This document shows, one piece after another, positions 13,876 through 28,700 of a DNA stretch of 64,000 nt (its first letter is position 1; each line of letters begins with the position of its first letter). The translations under genes were made by a program, and so were the position numbers. The notes under the pieces are model-generated. The model made no database searches, had not been told where the DNA came from, and saw only the letters and a list, made by a program, of their open reading frames with translations. This stretch comes from Malacoraja senta (taxonomy: Eukaryota): contig JAXLNO010000201.1 of NCBI GenBank assembly GCA_038087875.1, forward strand, positions 1 to 64,000, read 5' to 3'.

Positions 13876-16140
13876 GCCGGATTTATGGCGACGATACCGG
13901 ATTTATGGCGACCTTGCCGGAATGTTGCGACCTTGCTGGATTTGTGGCGACCTTGCCCAATTGATGGCTACCTTGATTGAAATGTGGCGACCTTGCCGGA
14001 TTTGTCGCCACCTTGCCGGAAATATGGCTACCTGCCCGGATTTTTGGCGACCTTGCCGGATTTATGGCGACCTTGCCGGAAATATGGCGACCTTGCCGGA
14101 TTTGTGGCGACCTTGCCGGAAATATGGCGACCTTGCCGTAAATGTGGCGACCTTGCCGGATTTGTGGCGACCATGCCGGATTTATGGCGTCCTTGCCGGA
14201 AATGTGGCGACCTTGCCGGATTTATGGCGACCTTGCCGTCGATGTGGCGACCTTGCCGTATTTGTGGCGACCTTGCAGGATTTTTGGCGACCTTGTGGGA
14301 TTTGTGGCGACCTTGCCGGCAATGTGGCGACCTAGCCGGACTTGTGGCGACCTTGCCGGATTCGTGGCGACCTTGCCGGAATGTTGCGACCTTGCTGGAT
14401 TTGTGGCGAACTTGCCGAATTTATTGCTACCTTGATTGAAATGTGGCGACCTTGCCGGATTTGTCGCCACCTTGCCGGATTTGTGGCGACCTTGTCGGAT
14501 TTATGGCGACCCCTCCGGAAATATGGCGACATTGCCGGATTTGTGGCGACCTTGCCGGAAATATGGCGACCTTGCCGGATTTTTGGAGACCTTGACGGAT
14601 TTATGGCGACCTTTCCGGAAATATGGCTACCTTCCCGGATTTGTGGCGACTTTGTCGGATTCATGGCGACCTTGCCGGAAATATGGCGACCTTGTCGGAT
14701 TTGTGGCGACCTTGGCCGATTTGTTGCGACCTTGCCGGAAATGTGGCGAACTTGCCGGATTTGTGGCGGCCGTGTCGGATTTGTGGCGACCTTGCCGGAA
14801 ATAGGCGACTCTGCCGGATTTGTGGCGACCTTGCCGGATTTATGGCGACCTTGCCGGATTTGTGGCGACTTTGCCGGATTCATGGCGACCTTGCCGGAAC
14901 TATGGCGACCTTGTCGGATTTGTGGCGACCTTGGCCGATTTGTTGCGACCTTGCCGGAAATATGGCGACCTTGCCGCACTTGTGGCGACCTTGCCGGATT
15001 TATGGCGACCTTGCCAGAAATGTTGTGACCTTGCCGGATTTATGGCGACGATACCGGATTTATGGCGACCTTGCCGGAATGTTGCGACCTTGCTGGATTT
15101 GTGGCGACCTTGCCGAATTGATGGCTACCTTGATTGAAATGTGGCGACCTTGCCGGATTTGTCGCCACCTTGCCGGAAATATGGCTACCTGCCCGGATTT
15201 TTGGCGACCTTGCCGGATTTATGGCGACCTTGCCGGATATATGGCGACCTTGCCGAATTTGTGCCGACCTTGCCGGAAATATGGCGACCTTGCCGTGAAT
15301 GTGGCGACCTTGCCGGATTTGTGGCGACCATGCCGGATTTATGGCGTCCTTGCCGGAAATGTGGCGACCTTGCCGGATTTATGGCGACCTTGTCGGATTT
15401 GTGATGACCTTGCCGGATTTATGGCGACGTTGCCGGAAATGCGGCGACCTTGCCTGAAATGTGGCGAACTTGACGGATTTGTGGCGACCTTGCCGGATTT
15501 ATGGCGACCTTGCCGTCGATGTGGCGACCTTGCCGTATTTGTGGCGACCTTGCAGGATTTTTGGCGACCTTGTGGGATTCGTGGCGACCTTGCCGGCAAT
15601 GTGACGACCTAGCCGGACTTGTGGCGACCTTGCCGGATCCGTGGCGACCTTGCCGGAATGTTGCGACCTTGCTGGATTTGTGGCGAACTTGCCGAATTTA
15701 TTGCTACCTTGATTGAAATGTGGCGACCTTGCCGGATTTGTCGCCACCTTGCCGGATTTGTGGCGACCTTGTCGGATTTATGGCGACCCCTCCGGAAATA
15801 TGGCGACATTGCCGGATTTGTGGCGACCTTGCCGGAAATATGGCGACCTTGCCGGATTTTTGGAGACCTTGACGGATTTATGGCGACCTTTCCGGAAATA
15901 TGGCTACCTGCCCGGATTTGTGGCGACTTTGCCGGATTCATGGCGACCTTGCCGGAAATATGGCGACCTTGTCGGATTTGTGGCGACCTTGGCCGATTTG
16001 TTGCGACCTTGCCGGAAATGTGGCGAACTTGCCGGATTTTTGGCGGCCGTGTCGGATTTGTGGCGACCTTGCCGGAAATAGGCGACTCTGCCGGATTTGT
16101 GGCGACCTTGCCGGATTTATGGCGACCTTGCCGGATTTGT
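13860..16140 (+). repeat. Two-copy tandem block of ~1.16-1.28 kb
   Basis: acgataccgg, ctacctgcccgg, ccgtcgatg and gacccctccgg each occur twice. The offset is 1157 and then 1277 after a 120-bp (6-monomer) indel. Confidence 0.8.
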
Positions 16141-17814
16141 GGCGACCTTGCAGGATTTATGGCGACCATACCGGATTTATGGCGACTTTGCCGGATTTAA
16201 GGCGACCTTGCCGGGAATATGGCGACCTTACCGCATTTGTGGCGACCTTGCCGGATTTATGGCGACCTTGCCGGAAATGTGGTGACCTTGCCGGATTTAT
16301 GGCGACCTTGTCGGATTTGTGGCGGCCTTGCCGGATTTATGGCGACCTTACCGGAAATCTGGCGACCTTGCCTGAAATGTGGCGACCTTGACGGATTTGT
16401 GGCGACCTTGCCGGATTTATGGCGACCTTGCCGGGGATGTGGCGCCATCCAGGATTTGTGGCGATCTTGTCAGATTTCTGGCGACCTGGCCGGAATTGTG
16501 GCGACCTTTCCATATTTGTGGCGACCTCACAGGATTTATGGCGACCTTGCCGCAAATGTGGTGACCATGCCGGATTTGTGGCGACTTTGCCGGATTTATG
16601 GCGACCTTGTGGGATTTGTGGCGACCTTGCCGGATTTATGGCGACCTTGCCGGAAATGTGGCGACCTAGCCGGACTTGTGGCGACCCTGCCGGATTCATG
16701 GCGACCTTGCCGGAAATGTGGTGACCTTGCCGGATTTGTGGCGAGGATGCCGGATTTATGGCGACCTTGCCGGAATGTTGCGACCTTGGTGGATTTGTGG
16801 CGACTTTGCCGAATTTATGGCTACCTTGATTGAAATGTGGCGACCTTGCCGGATTTGTCGCCACCTTGCCGGATTTGTGGCGACCTTGCCGGATTTATGG
16901 CGACCTTGCCGGAAATGTGGCGACCTTGCCGGATTTGTGGCGACCTTGCCGGATTTATGGCGACCTTGCCGGGGATGTGGCGACCTTGCCGTATTTGTGG
17001 CGACCTTACAGGATTTATGGCGACCTTGCCGCAAATGTGGTGACTTTGCCGGATTTGTGGCGACCTTGCCGGATTTATGGCGACCTTGTGGGATTTGTGG
17101 CGACCTTGCCGGATTTATGGCGACCTTGCCGGCAATGTGGCGAACTAGCCGGACTTGTGGCGACCCTGCCGGATTCATGGCGACCTTGCGGGAAATGTGG
17201 TGACCTTTCCGGATTTGTGGCGAGGATGCCGGATTTGTGTCGACATTGTCGGATTTATTGCAACCTTGCCGGAAATATGGCGACCTTGCCGGATTTGTGG
17301 CGAACTTGCCGGAAATATGGCGACCTTGCCGGAAATGTGGCGACCATGCCGGATTTGTGGCGACCTTGCCGGATTTATGGCGTCCTTGCCGGAAATGTGG
17401 CGACCTTGCCGGATTTATGGCGACCTTGTCGGATTTGAAACGACCTTGCCGGATTTATGGCGACGTTGCCGGAATTGCGGCGACCTTGCATGAAATGTGG
17501 CGACCTTGACGGATTTGTGGCGACCTTGCCGGATTTATGGCGACCTTGCCGGGGATGTGGCGACCTTGCCGTATTTGTGGCGACCTTGCAGGATTTATGG
17601 CGACCTTGCCGCAAATGTGGTTACCTTGCCGGATTTGTGGCGACCTTGCCGGATTTATGGCTACCTTGATTGAAATGTGGCGACCTTGCCGGATTTGTCG
17701 CCACCTTGCCGGATTTGTGGCGACCTTGCCGGATTTATGGCGACCTTGCCGGAAATATGGCGACATTGCCGGATCTGTGGCGACCTTGCCGGAAATATGG
17801 CGACCTTGCCTGAT

Positions 17815-20800
17815 TTTTGGCGACCTTCACGGATTTATGGCGAACTTGCCGGATATATGGCTACCTTGCCGGATTTGTGGTGACTTTACCGGATTCATGG
17901 CGACCTTGCCGGAACTATGGCGACCTTGTCGGATTTGTGGCGACCTTGGCCGATTTGTTGCGACCTTGCCGGAAATATGGCGACCTTGCCGCACTTGTGG
18001 CGACCTTGCCGGATTTATGGCGACCTTGCCAGAAATATGCCGACCTTGCCGCATTTGTGCCGACTTTGCCTTATTTATGGCGACCTTGCCGGATTTATGG
18101 CGACCTTGCCGGCACTGTGGCGACCTCGCCGGACATGTGGCGACTTTGCCGGATTCATGGCGACGATGCCGGATTTATGGCGACCTTGCACGGAATGTTG
18201 CAACCTTGCTGGATTTGTGGCGACCTTGCCGAATTGATGGCTACCTTGATTGAAATGTGGCGGCCTTGCCGGATTTGTCGCCACCTTGCCGGATTTGTCG
18301 CCACCTTGCCGGATTTGTGGCGACCTTGCCGGATTTATGGCGACCTTCCCGGAAAATATGGCGATCTTGCCGGATTTTTGGCGACCTTCACGGATTTATG
18401 GCGACCTTGCCGGAAATATGGCTACCTTGCCGGATTTTTGGCGACTTTGCCGGATTCATGGCGACTTTGCCGGAAGTATGGCGACCTTGTCGGATTTGTG
18501 GCGACCTTGGCCGATTTGTTGCGACCTTGCCGGAAATATGGCGACCTTGCCGCACTTGTGGCGACCTTGCCGGATTTATGGCGACCTTGCCAGAAATATG
18601 CCGACCTTGCCGCATTTGTGCCGACTTTGCCTGATTTATGGCGACCTTGCCGGATTTATGGCGACCTTGCCGGCACTGTGGCGACCTCGCCGGACTTGTG
18701 GCGACCTTGCCGGATTCATGGCGACCTTGCCGGAAATGTGGTGACCTTGCCGGATTTATGGCGACGATGCCGGATTTATGGCGACCTTGCCGGAATGTTG
18801 CGACCTTGCTGGATTTGTGGCGACCTTGCCGAATTGATGGCTACCTTGATTGAAATGTGGCGACCTTGCCGGATTTGTCGCCACCTTGCCGGATTTTGTC
18901 GCCACCTTGCCGGATTTGTGGCGACCTTGCCGGATTTATGGCGACCTTGCCGGAAATATGGCGACCTTGCCGGATTTGTGGCGACCTTGCCGGAAATATG
19001 GCGACCTTGCCGGAAATGTGGCGACCTTGCCGGATTTGTGGCGACCTTGCCGGATTTATGGCGTCCTTGCCGGAAATGTGGCGACCTTGCCGGATTTATG
19101 GCGACCTTGTCGGATTTGTGATGACCTTGCCGGATTTATGGCGACGTTGCTGGAAATGCGGCGACCTTGCCTGAAATGTGGCGAACTTGACGGATTTGTG
19201 GCGACCTTGCCGGATTTATGGCGACCTTGCCGGGGATGTGGCGACCTTGCCGTATTTGTGGCGACCTTGCAGGATTTATGGCGACCTTGCCGCAAATGTG
19301 GTGACCTTGCCGGATTTGTGGCGACCTTGCCGGATTTTTGGCGACCTTGTGGGATTTGTGGCGACCTTGCCGGATTTATGGGGACCTTGCCGGCAATGTG
19401 GCGACCTAGCCGGACTTGTGGCGACCTTGCCGGATTCATGGCGACCTTGCCGGAATGTTGCGACCTTGCCGGATTTGTGGCGACCTTGCCGGATTTATGG
19501 CGACCTCGCCGGAAATATGGCGACATTGCCGGATTTGTGGCGACCTTGCCGGAAATATGGCGACCTTCCCGGATTTGTGGCGACTTTGCCGAATTCATGG
19601 CGACCTTGCCGCAAATATGGCGACCTTGTTGGATTTGTAGCGACCTTGGCCGATTTGTTGCGACCTTGCCGGAAATGTGGCGAACTTGCCGGATTTGTGG
19701 CGGCCGTGTCGGATTTATGGCGACCTTGCCGGAAATAGGCGAATCTGCCGGATTTGTGGCGACCTTGCCGGATTTATGGCGACCTTGCCGGATTTGTTGC
19801 GACCTTGCAGGATTTATGGCGACCATGCCGGATTTATGGCGACATTGTCGGATCTATGGCGACCTTGCCGGGGATGTGGCGACCTTGCCGTATTTGTGAC
19901 GACCTTGCAGGATTTATGGCGACCTTGCCGCAAATGTGGTGACCTTGCCGGATTTGTGGCGACCTTGCCGGATTTATGGCGACCTTCACGGATTTATGGC
20001 GAACTTGCCGGATATATGGCTACCTTGCCGGATTTGTGGTGACTTTACCGGATTCATGGCGACCTTGCCGGAACTATGGCGACCTTGTCGGATTTGTGGC
20101 GACCTTGGCCGATTTGTTGCGACCTTGCCGGAAATATGGCGACCTTGCCGCACTTGTGGCGACCTTGCCGGATTTATGGCGACCTTGCCAGAAATATGCC
20201 GACCTTGCCGCATTTGTGCCGACTTTGCCTTATTTATGGCGACCTTGCCGCAAATATGGCGACCTTGTTGGATTTGTAGCGACCTTGGCCGATTTGTTGC
20301 GACCTTGCCGGAAATGTGGCGAACTTGCCGGATTTGTGGCGGCCGTGTCGGATTTATGGCGACCTTGCCGGAAATAGGCGAATCTGCCGGATTTGTGGCG
20401 ACCTTGCCGGATTTATGGCGACCTTGCCGGATTTGTTGCGACCTTGCAGGATTTATGGCGACCATGCCGGATTTATGGCGACATTGCCGGATCTATGGCG
20501 ACCTTGCCGGGGATGTGGCGACCTTGCCGTATTTGTGACGACCTTGCAGGATTTATGGCGACCTTGCCGCAAATGTGGTGACCTTGCCGGATTTGTGGCG
20601 ACCTTGCCGGATTTATGGCGACCTTCACGGATTTATGGCGAACTTGCCGGATATATGGCTACCTTGCCGGATTTGTGGTGACTTTACCGGATTCATGGCG
20701 ACCTTGCCGGAACTATGGCGACCTTGTCGGATTTGTGGCGACCTTGGCCGATTTGTTGCGACCTTGCCGGAAATATGGCGACCTTGCCGCACTTGTGGCG

Positions 20801-22770
20801 ACCTTGCCGGATTTATGGCGACCTTGCCAGAAATATGCCGACCTTGCCGCATTTGTGCCGACTTTGCCTTATTTATGGCGACCTTGCCGGATTTATGGCG
20901 ACCTTGCCGGCACTGTGGCGACCTCGCCGGACATGTGGCGACTTTGCCGGATTCATGGCGACGATGCCGGATTTATGGCGACCTTGCACGGAATGTTGCA
21001 ACCTTGCTGGATTTGTGGCGACCTTGCCGAATTGATGGCTACCTTGATTGAAATGTGGCGGCCTTGCCGGATTTGTCGCCACCTTGCCGGATTTGTCGCC
21101 ACCTTGCCGGATTTGTGGCGACCTTGCCGGATTTATGGCGACCTTCCCGGAAATATGGCGATCTTGCCGGATTTTTGGCGACCTTCACGGATTTATGGCG
21201 ACCTTGCCGGAAATATGGCTACCTTGCCGGATTTTTGGCGACTTTGCCGGATTCATGGCGACTTTGCCGGAAGTATGGCGACCTTGTCGGATTTGTGGCG
21301 ACCTTGGCCGATTTGTTGCGACCTTGCCGGAAATATGGCGACCTTGCCGCACTTGTGGCGACCTTGCCGGATTTATGGCGACCTTGCCAGAAATATGCCG
21401 ACCTTGCCGCATTTGTGCCGACTTTGCCTGATTTATGGCGACCTTGCCGGATTTATGGCGACCTTGCCGGCACTGTGGCGACCTCGCCGGACTTGTGGCG
21501 ACCTTGCCGGATTCATGGCGACCTTGCCGGAAATGTGGTGACCTTGCCGGATTTATGGCGACGATGCCGGATTTATGGCGACCTTGCCGGAATGTTGCGA
21601 CCTTGCTGGATTTGTGGCGACCTTGCCGAATTGATGGCTACCTTGATTGAAATGTGGCGACCTTGCCGGATTTGTCGCCACCTTGCCGGATTTGTCGCCA
21701 CCTTGCCGGATTTGTGGCGACCTTGCCGGATTTATGGCGACCTTGCCGGAAATATGGCGACCTTGCCGGATTTGTGGCGACCTTGCCGGAAATATGGCGA
21801 CCTTGCCGGAAATGTGGCGACCTTGCCGGATTTGTGGCGACCTTGCCGGATTTATGGCGTCCTTGCCGGAAATGTGGCGACCTTGCCGGATTTATGGCGA
21901 CCTTGTCGGATTTGTGATGACCTTGCCGGATTTATGGCGACGTTGCCGGAAATGCGGCGACCTTGCCTGAAATGTGGCGAACTTGACGGATTTGTGGCGA
22001 CCTTGCCGGATTTATGGCGACCTTGCCGGGGATGTGGCGACCTTGCCGTATTTGTGGCGACCTTGCAGGATTTATGGCGACCTTGCCGCAAATGTGGTGA
22101 CCTTGCCGGATTTGTGGCGACCTTCCCGGATTTTTGGCGACCTTGTGGGATTTGTGGCGACCTTGCCGGATTTATGGGGACCTTGCCGGCAATGTGGCGA
22201 CCTAGCCGGACTTGTGGCGACCTTGCCGGATTCATGGCGACCTTGCCGGAATGTTGCGACCTTGCCGGATTTGTGGCGACCTTGCCGGATTTATGGCGAC
22301 CTCGCCGGAAATATGGCGACATTGCCGGATTTGTGGCGACTTGCCGGAAATATGGCGACCTTCCCGGATTTGTGGCGACTTTGCCGGATTCATGGCGACC
22401 TTGCCGCAAATATGGCGACCTTGTTGGATTTGTAGCGACCTTGGCCGATTTGTTGCGACCTTGCCGGAAATGTGGCGAACTTGCCGGATTTGTGGCGGCC
22501 GTGTCGGATTTATGGCGACCTTGCCGGAAATAGGCGAATCTTCCGGATTTGTGGCGACCTTGCCGGATTTATGGCGACCTTGCCGGATTTGTTGCGACCT
22601 TGCAGGATTTATGGCGACCATGCCGGATTTATGGCGACATTGCCGGATCTATGGCGACCTTGCCGGGGATGTGGCGACCTTGCCGTATTTGTGACGACCT
22701 TGCAGGATTTATGGCGACCTTGCCGCAAATGTGGTGACCTTGCCGGATTTGTGGCGACCTTGCCGGATTT
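17815..22770 (+). repeat. Duplicated ~2.16 kb block (offset ~2798) with a nested 639-bp tandem duplication (~19597-20874)
   Basis: ORF pairs 17917/20715, 18638/21435 and 19677/22472 match. Nested pairs 19677/20316 and 19936/20575 differ by 639. Private variants ttgcacggaatgttgcaacc and ggaagtatgg are shared. Confidence 0.85.
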
Positions 22771-25700
22771 ATGGCGACCTTGTGGGATTTATGGCGACAT
22801 TGCCGGATATATGGGGACCTTGCCGGCAATGTGGCGACCTAGCCGGACTTGTGGCGACCTTGACGGATTCATGGCGACCTTGCCGGAATGTTGCGACCTT
22901 GCTGGATTTGTGGCGACCTTTCCGAATTTATGCCTACCTTGATTGAAATGTGGCGACCTTGCCGGATTTGTCGCCACTTTGCCGGATTTGTGGCGACCTT
23001 GCCGGATTTATGGCGACCACGCAGGAAATATGGCGACATTGCCGGATTTGTGGCGATCTTGCCGGAAATATGGTGACCTTGCCGGATTTTTGGAGACCTT
23101 GACGGATTTATGGCGACCTTGCCGGAAATATGGCTACCTTCCCGGATTTGTGGCGACTTTGCCGGATTCATGGCGACCTTGCCGGAAATATGGCGACCTT
23201 CTCGGATTTGTGACGACCTTGGCCGTTTTGTTGCGACCTTGCCGGAAATATGGCGACCTTGTCGGATTTGTGGCGACCTTGGCCGATTTGTTGCGACCTT
23301 GCCGGAAATGTGGCGAACTTGCCGGATTTGTGGCGGCCGTGTCGGATTTATGGCGACCTTGCCGGAAATAGGCGACTCTGCCGGATTTGTGGCGACCTTG
23401 CCGGATTTATGGCGACCTTGCCGGATTTGTGGCGACCTTGGAGGATTTACGGCGACCTTGTCGGATTTGTGGCGGCCTTGCCGGATTTATGGCGACCTTG
23501 CCGGAAATCTGGCGACCTTGCCTGAAATGTGGCGACCTTGACGGATTTGTGGCGCCCTAGCCGGATTTATGGCGACCTTGCCGGGGATGTGGCGACCATC
23601 CAGGATTTGTGGCGATCTTGTCAGATTTCTGGCGACCTGGCCGGAATTGTGGCGACCTTTCCGTATTTGTGGCGACATTAACGGGTTTATGGCGACCTTG
23701 CCGCAAATGTGGCGACCTTGCCGGATTTGTGGCGACCTTGCCTGATTTATGGCGACCTTGCGGGATTTGTGGCGACCTTGCTGGATTTGTGGCGACATTG
23801 CCGAATTTATGGCTACCTTGATTGAAATGTGGCGACCTTGCCGGATTTGTCGCCACCTTGCCGGATTCGTCGCTACCTTGCCGGATTTGTGGCGACCTTG
23901 CCGGATTTATGGCGACCTTGCCGGAAATATGGCGACCTTGCCGGATTTGTGGCAACCTTGCCGAAATATGGCGACCTTGCCGGAAATGTGGCGACCTTGC
24001 CGGATTTATGGCGACCTTGTCGGATTTGTGACGACCTTGCCGGATTTTATGGCGACGTTGCCGGAAATGCGGGGACCTTGCCTGAAATGTGGCGAACTTG
24101 ACGGATTTGTGGCGACCTTGCCGGATTTATGGCGACCTTGCCGGGGATGTGGCGACCTTGCCGTATTTGTGGCGGCCTTGCAGGATTTATGGCGACCTTG
24201 CCGCAAATGTGGTGACCTTGCCGGATTTGTGGCGACCTTGCCGGATTTATGGCGACCTTGTGGGATTTGTGGCGACCTTGCCGGATTTATGGGGACCTTG
24301 CCGGCAATGTGGCGACCTAGCCGGACTTGTGGCGACCTTGACGGATTCATGGCGACCTTGCCGGAATGTTGCGACCTTGCTGGATTTGTGGCGACCTTGC
24401 CGAATTTATGCCTACCTTGATTGAAATGTGGGGACCTTGCCGGATTTGTCGCCACCTTGCCGGATTTGTGGCGACCTTGCGGATTTATGGCGACCCCGCC
24501 GGAAATATGGCGACATTGCCGGATTTGTGGCGACCTTGCCGGAAATATGGCGACCTTGCCGGATTTTGGAGACCTTGACGGATTTATGGCGACCTTGCCG
24601 GAAATATGGCTACCTTCCCGGATTTGTGGCGACTGCCGGATTCATGGCGACCTTGCTGGAAATATGGCGACCTTGTCGGATTTGTGGCGACCTTGGCCGA
24701 TTTGTTGCGACCTTGCCGGAAATGTGGCGAACTTGCCGGATTTGTGGCGGCCGTCTCGGATTTATGGCGACCTTGCCGGTAATAGGCGACTCTGCCGGAT
24801 TTGTGGCGACCTTGCCGGATTTATGGCGACCTTGCCGGATTTGTGGCGACCTTGCCGGATTTATGGCTACCTTGCCGGATTTATGGCGACCTTGCCGGAT
24901 TTATGGCGACCTTGCCGGGAATATGGCGACCTTGCCGCATTTGTGGCGACCTTGCCGGATTTATGGCGACCTTGCCGTAAATGTGGTGACCTTGCCGGAT
25001 TTATGGCGACCTTGTCGGATTTGTGGCGGCCTTGCCGGATTTATGGCGACCTTGCCGGATTTGTGGCGACCTTGCAGGATTTACGGCGACCATGCCGGAT
25101 TTATGGCGACTTTGCCGGATTTATGGCGACGTTGCCGGGAATATGGCGACCTTGCCGCATTTGTGGCGACCTTGCCTGATTTATGGCGACCTTGCCGGAA
25201 ATGTGGTGACCTTGCCGGATTTATGGCGACCTTGTCGGATTTGTGGCGGCCTTGCCGGATTTATGGCGACCTTGCCGGAAATCTGGCGACCTTGCCTGAA
25301 ATGTGGCGACCTTGACGGATTTGTGGCGCCCTAGCCGGATTTATGGCGACCTTGCCGGCGATGTGGCGACCATCCAGGATTTGTGGCGACCTTGTCAGAT
25401 TTCTGGCTACCTGGCCGGAATTGTGGCGACCTTTCCGTATTTGTGGCGACATTAACGGATTTATGGCGACCTTGCCGCAAATGTGGCGACCTTGCCGGAT
25501 TTGTGGCGACCTTGCCTGATTTATGGCGACCTTGCGGGATTTGTGGCGACCTTGCTGGATTTGTGGCGACATTGCCGAATTTATGGCTACCTTGATTGAA
25601 ATGTGGCGACCTTGCCGGATTTGTCGCCACCTTGCCGGATTCATCAATACCTTGCCGGATTTGTGGCGACCTTGCCGGATTTATGGCGACCTTGCCGGAA

Positions 25701-28700
25701 ATATGGCGACCTTGCCGGATTTGTGGCAACCTTGCCGGAAATATGGCGACCTTGCCGGAAATGTGGCGACCTTGCTGGATTTATGGCGACCTTGTCGGAT
25801 TTGTGACGACCTTGCCGGATTTATGGCGACCTTGCCGGGGATGTGGCGACCTTGCCGTATTTGTGGCGGCCTTGCATGATTTATGGCGACCTTGCCGCAA
25901 ATGTGGTGACCTTGCCGGATTTGTGGCGACCTTGCCGGAATGTTGCGATCTTGCTGGATTTGTGGCGACCTTGCCGAATTTATGCCTACCTTGATTGAAA
26001 TGTGGCGACCTTGCCGGATTTGTCGCCACCTTGCCGGATTTGTGGCGACGTTGCGGATTTATGGCGACCCCGCCGGAAATATGGCGACATTGCCAGATTT
26101 GTGGCGACCTTGCCGGAAATATGGCGACCTTGCCGGATTTTTGGAGACCTTGACGGATTTATGGCGACCTTGCCGGAAATATGGCTACCTTCCCGGATTT
26201 GTGGCGACTGCCGGATTCATGGCGACCTTGCTGGAAATATGGCGACCTTGTCGGATTTGTGGCGACCTTGGCCGATTTGTTGCGACCTTGCCGGAAATGT
26301 GGCGAACTTGCCGGATTTGTGGCGGCCGTCTCGGATTTATGGCGACCTTGCCGGTAATAGGCGACTCTGCCGGATTTGTGGCGACCTTGCCGGATTTATG
26401 GCGACCTTGCCGGATTTGTGGCGACCTTGCCGGATTTATGGCTACCTTGCCGGATTTATGGCGACCTTGCCGGATTTATGGCGACCTTGCCGGGAATATG
26501 GCGACCTTGCCGCATTTGTGGCGACCTTGCCGGATTTATGGCGACCTTGCCGTAAATGTGGTGACCTTGCCGGATTTATGGCGACCTTGTCGGATTTGTG
26601 GCGGCCTTGCCGGATTTATGGCGACCTTGCCGGAAATCTGACGACCTTGCCTGAAATGTGGCGACCTTGACGGATTTGTGGCGACCTTGCGGGATTTATG
26701 GCGACCTTGCCGGGGATGTGGCGACCATCCAGGATTTGTGGCGATCTTGTCAGATTTCTGGCGACCTGGCCTGAATTGTGGCGACCTTTCTGTATTTGTG
26801 GCGACATTAACGGATTTATGGCGACCTTGCCGCAAATGTGGCGACCTTGCCGGATTTGTGGCGACCTTGCCTGATTTATGGCGACCTTGCGGAATTTGTG
26901 GCGACCTTGCCGGATTTGTGGCGACATTGCCGAATTTATGGCTACCTTGATTGAAATGTGGCGACCTTGCCGGATTTGTCGCCACCTTGCCGGATTCGTC
27001 GCTACCTTGCCGGATTTGTGGCGACCTTGCCGGATTTATGGCGACCTTGCCGGAAACATGGCGACCTTGCCGGATTTGTGGCAACCTTGCCGGAAATGCG
27101 GAGACCTTGCCTGAAATGTGGCGAACTTGACGGATTTGTGGCGACCTTGCCGGATTTATGGCGACCTTGCCGGGGATGTGGCGACCTTGCCGTATTTGTG
27201 GCGACCTTGCAGGATTTATGGCGACCTTGCCGCAAATGTGGTGACCTTGCCGGATTTGTGGCGACCTTGCCGGATTTATGGCGACCTTGTGGGATTTGTG
27301 GCGACCTTGCCGGATTTATGGGGACCTTGCCGGCAATGTGGCGACCTAGCCGGACTTGTGGCTACCTTGACGGATTCATGGCGACCTTGCCGGAATGTAG
27401 CGACCTTGCTGGATTTGTGGCGACCTTGCCGAATTTATGCCTACTTTGATTGAAATGTGGCGACCTTGCCGGATGTGTCGCCACCTTGCCGGATTTGTGT
27501 CGACCTTGCCGGATTTATGGCGACCCCGCCGGAAATATGGCGACATTGCCGGATTTGTGGCGACCTTGCCGGAAATATGGCGACCTTGCCGGATTTTTGG
27601 AGACCTTGACGGATTTATGGCGACCTTGACGGAAATATTGCTACCTTTCCCGGATTTCTGGCGACTGCCGGATTCATGGCGACCTTGCCGGAAATATGGC
27701 GACCTTGTCGGATTTGTGGCGACCTTGGCCGATTTGTTGCGGCCTTGCCGGAAATCTGGCGAACTTGCCGGATTTGCGGCGGCCGTGTCGGATTTATGGC
27801 GACCTTGCCGGAAATAGGCGACTCTGCCGGATTTGTGGCGACCTTGCCGGATTTATGGCGACCTGGCCGGAATTGTGGCGACCTTTCCGTATTTGTGGCG
27901 ACCTTAACGGACTTATGGCGACCTTGACGCAAATGTGGCGACCTTGCCGGATTTGTGGCGACCTTGCCGGATTTATGGCGACCTTGCCGGAAATGTAGCG
28001 ACCTTGCCGGATTTGACGCGACCGTGCCGAATTTATGGCTACCTTGATTGAAATGTGGCGACCTTCCCGGATTTATGGCGACCATTGCCGGATTTATGGC
28101 GACCTCGCTAGAAATATGGCGACCTTGCCGGATTTGTGGCGACCTAGCCGTATTTATGGCGACCGTGCCGGAAATATGGCGACCTTGCCGGATTTGAGGC
28201 AACCTTGCCGGAAATATGGCGACCTTGCCGGATTTATGGTGTCCAAGCCGTTTTTATGGCGACCGTGCCGGAAACACGGCGACCTTGCCGGATTTATGGC
28301 GACGTTGCGGATTTATGGCGATCTTGCCGGATTTATGGCGACCTTGCCGGAAATATGGCGACCTCGCCGGAATTATGGCGACCATGCCGGATTTATGGCG
28401 ACCTTGCCGGAAATCTGGCGACCTTGCCTGAAATGTGGCGACCTTGACTGGTTTGTGGCGACCTTGCCGGATTAATGGCGACATTGCGGGGATGTGGCGA
28501 CCATCCCGGATTTGTGGCGACCTTGTCAGATTTGTGGCGACCTTGCCGGAATTGTGGCGACCTTTCCGTATTTGTGGCGACCTTACCGGATTTATGGCGA
28601 CTTTGCCTCAAATGTGGCGACCTTGCCGGATTTGTGGCGACCTTGCCGGAAATCTGGCGACCTTGCCTGAAATGTGGCGACATTGACGGGTTTGTGACGA

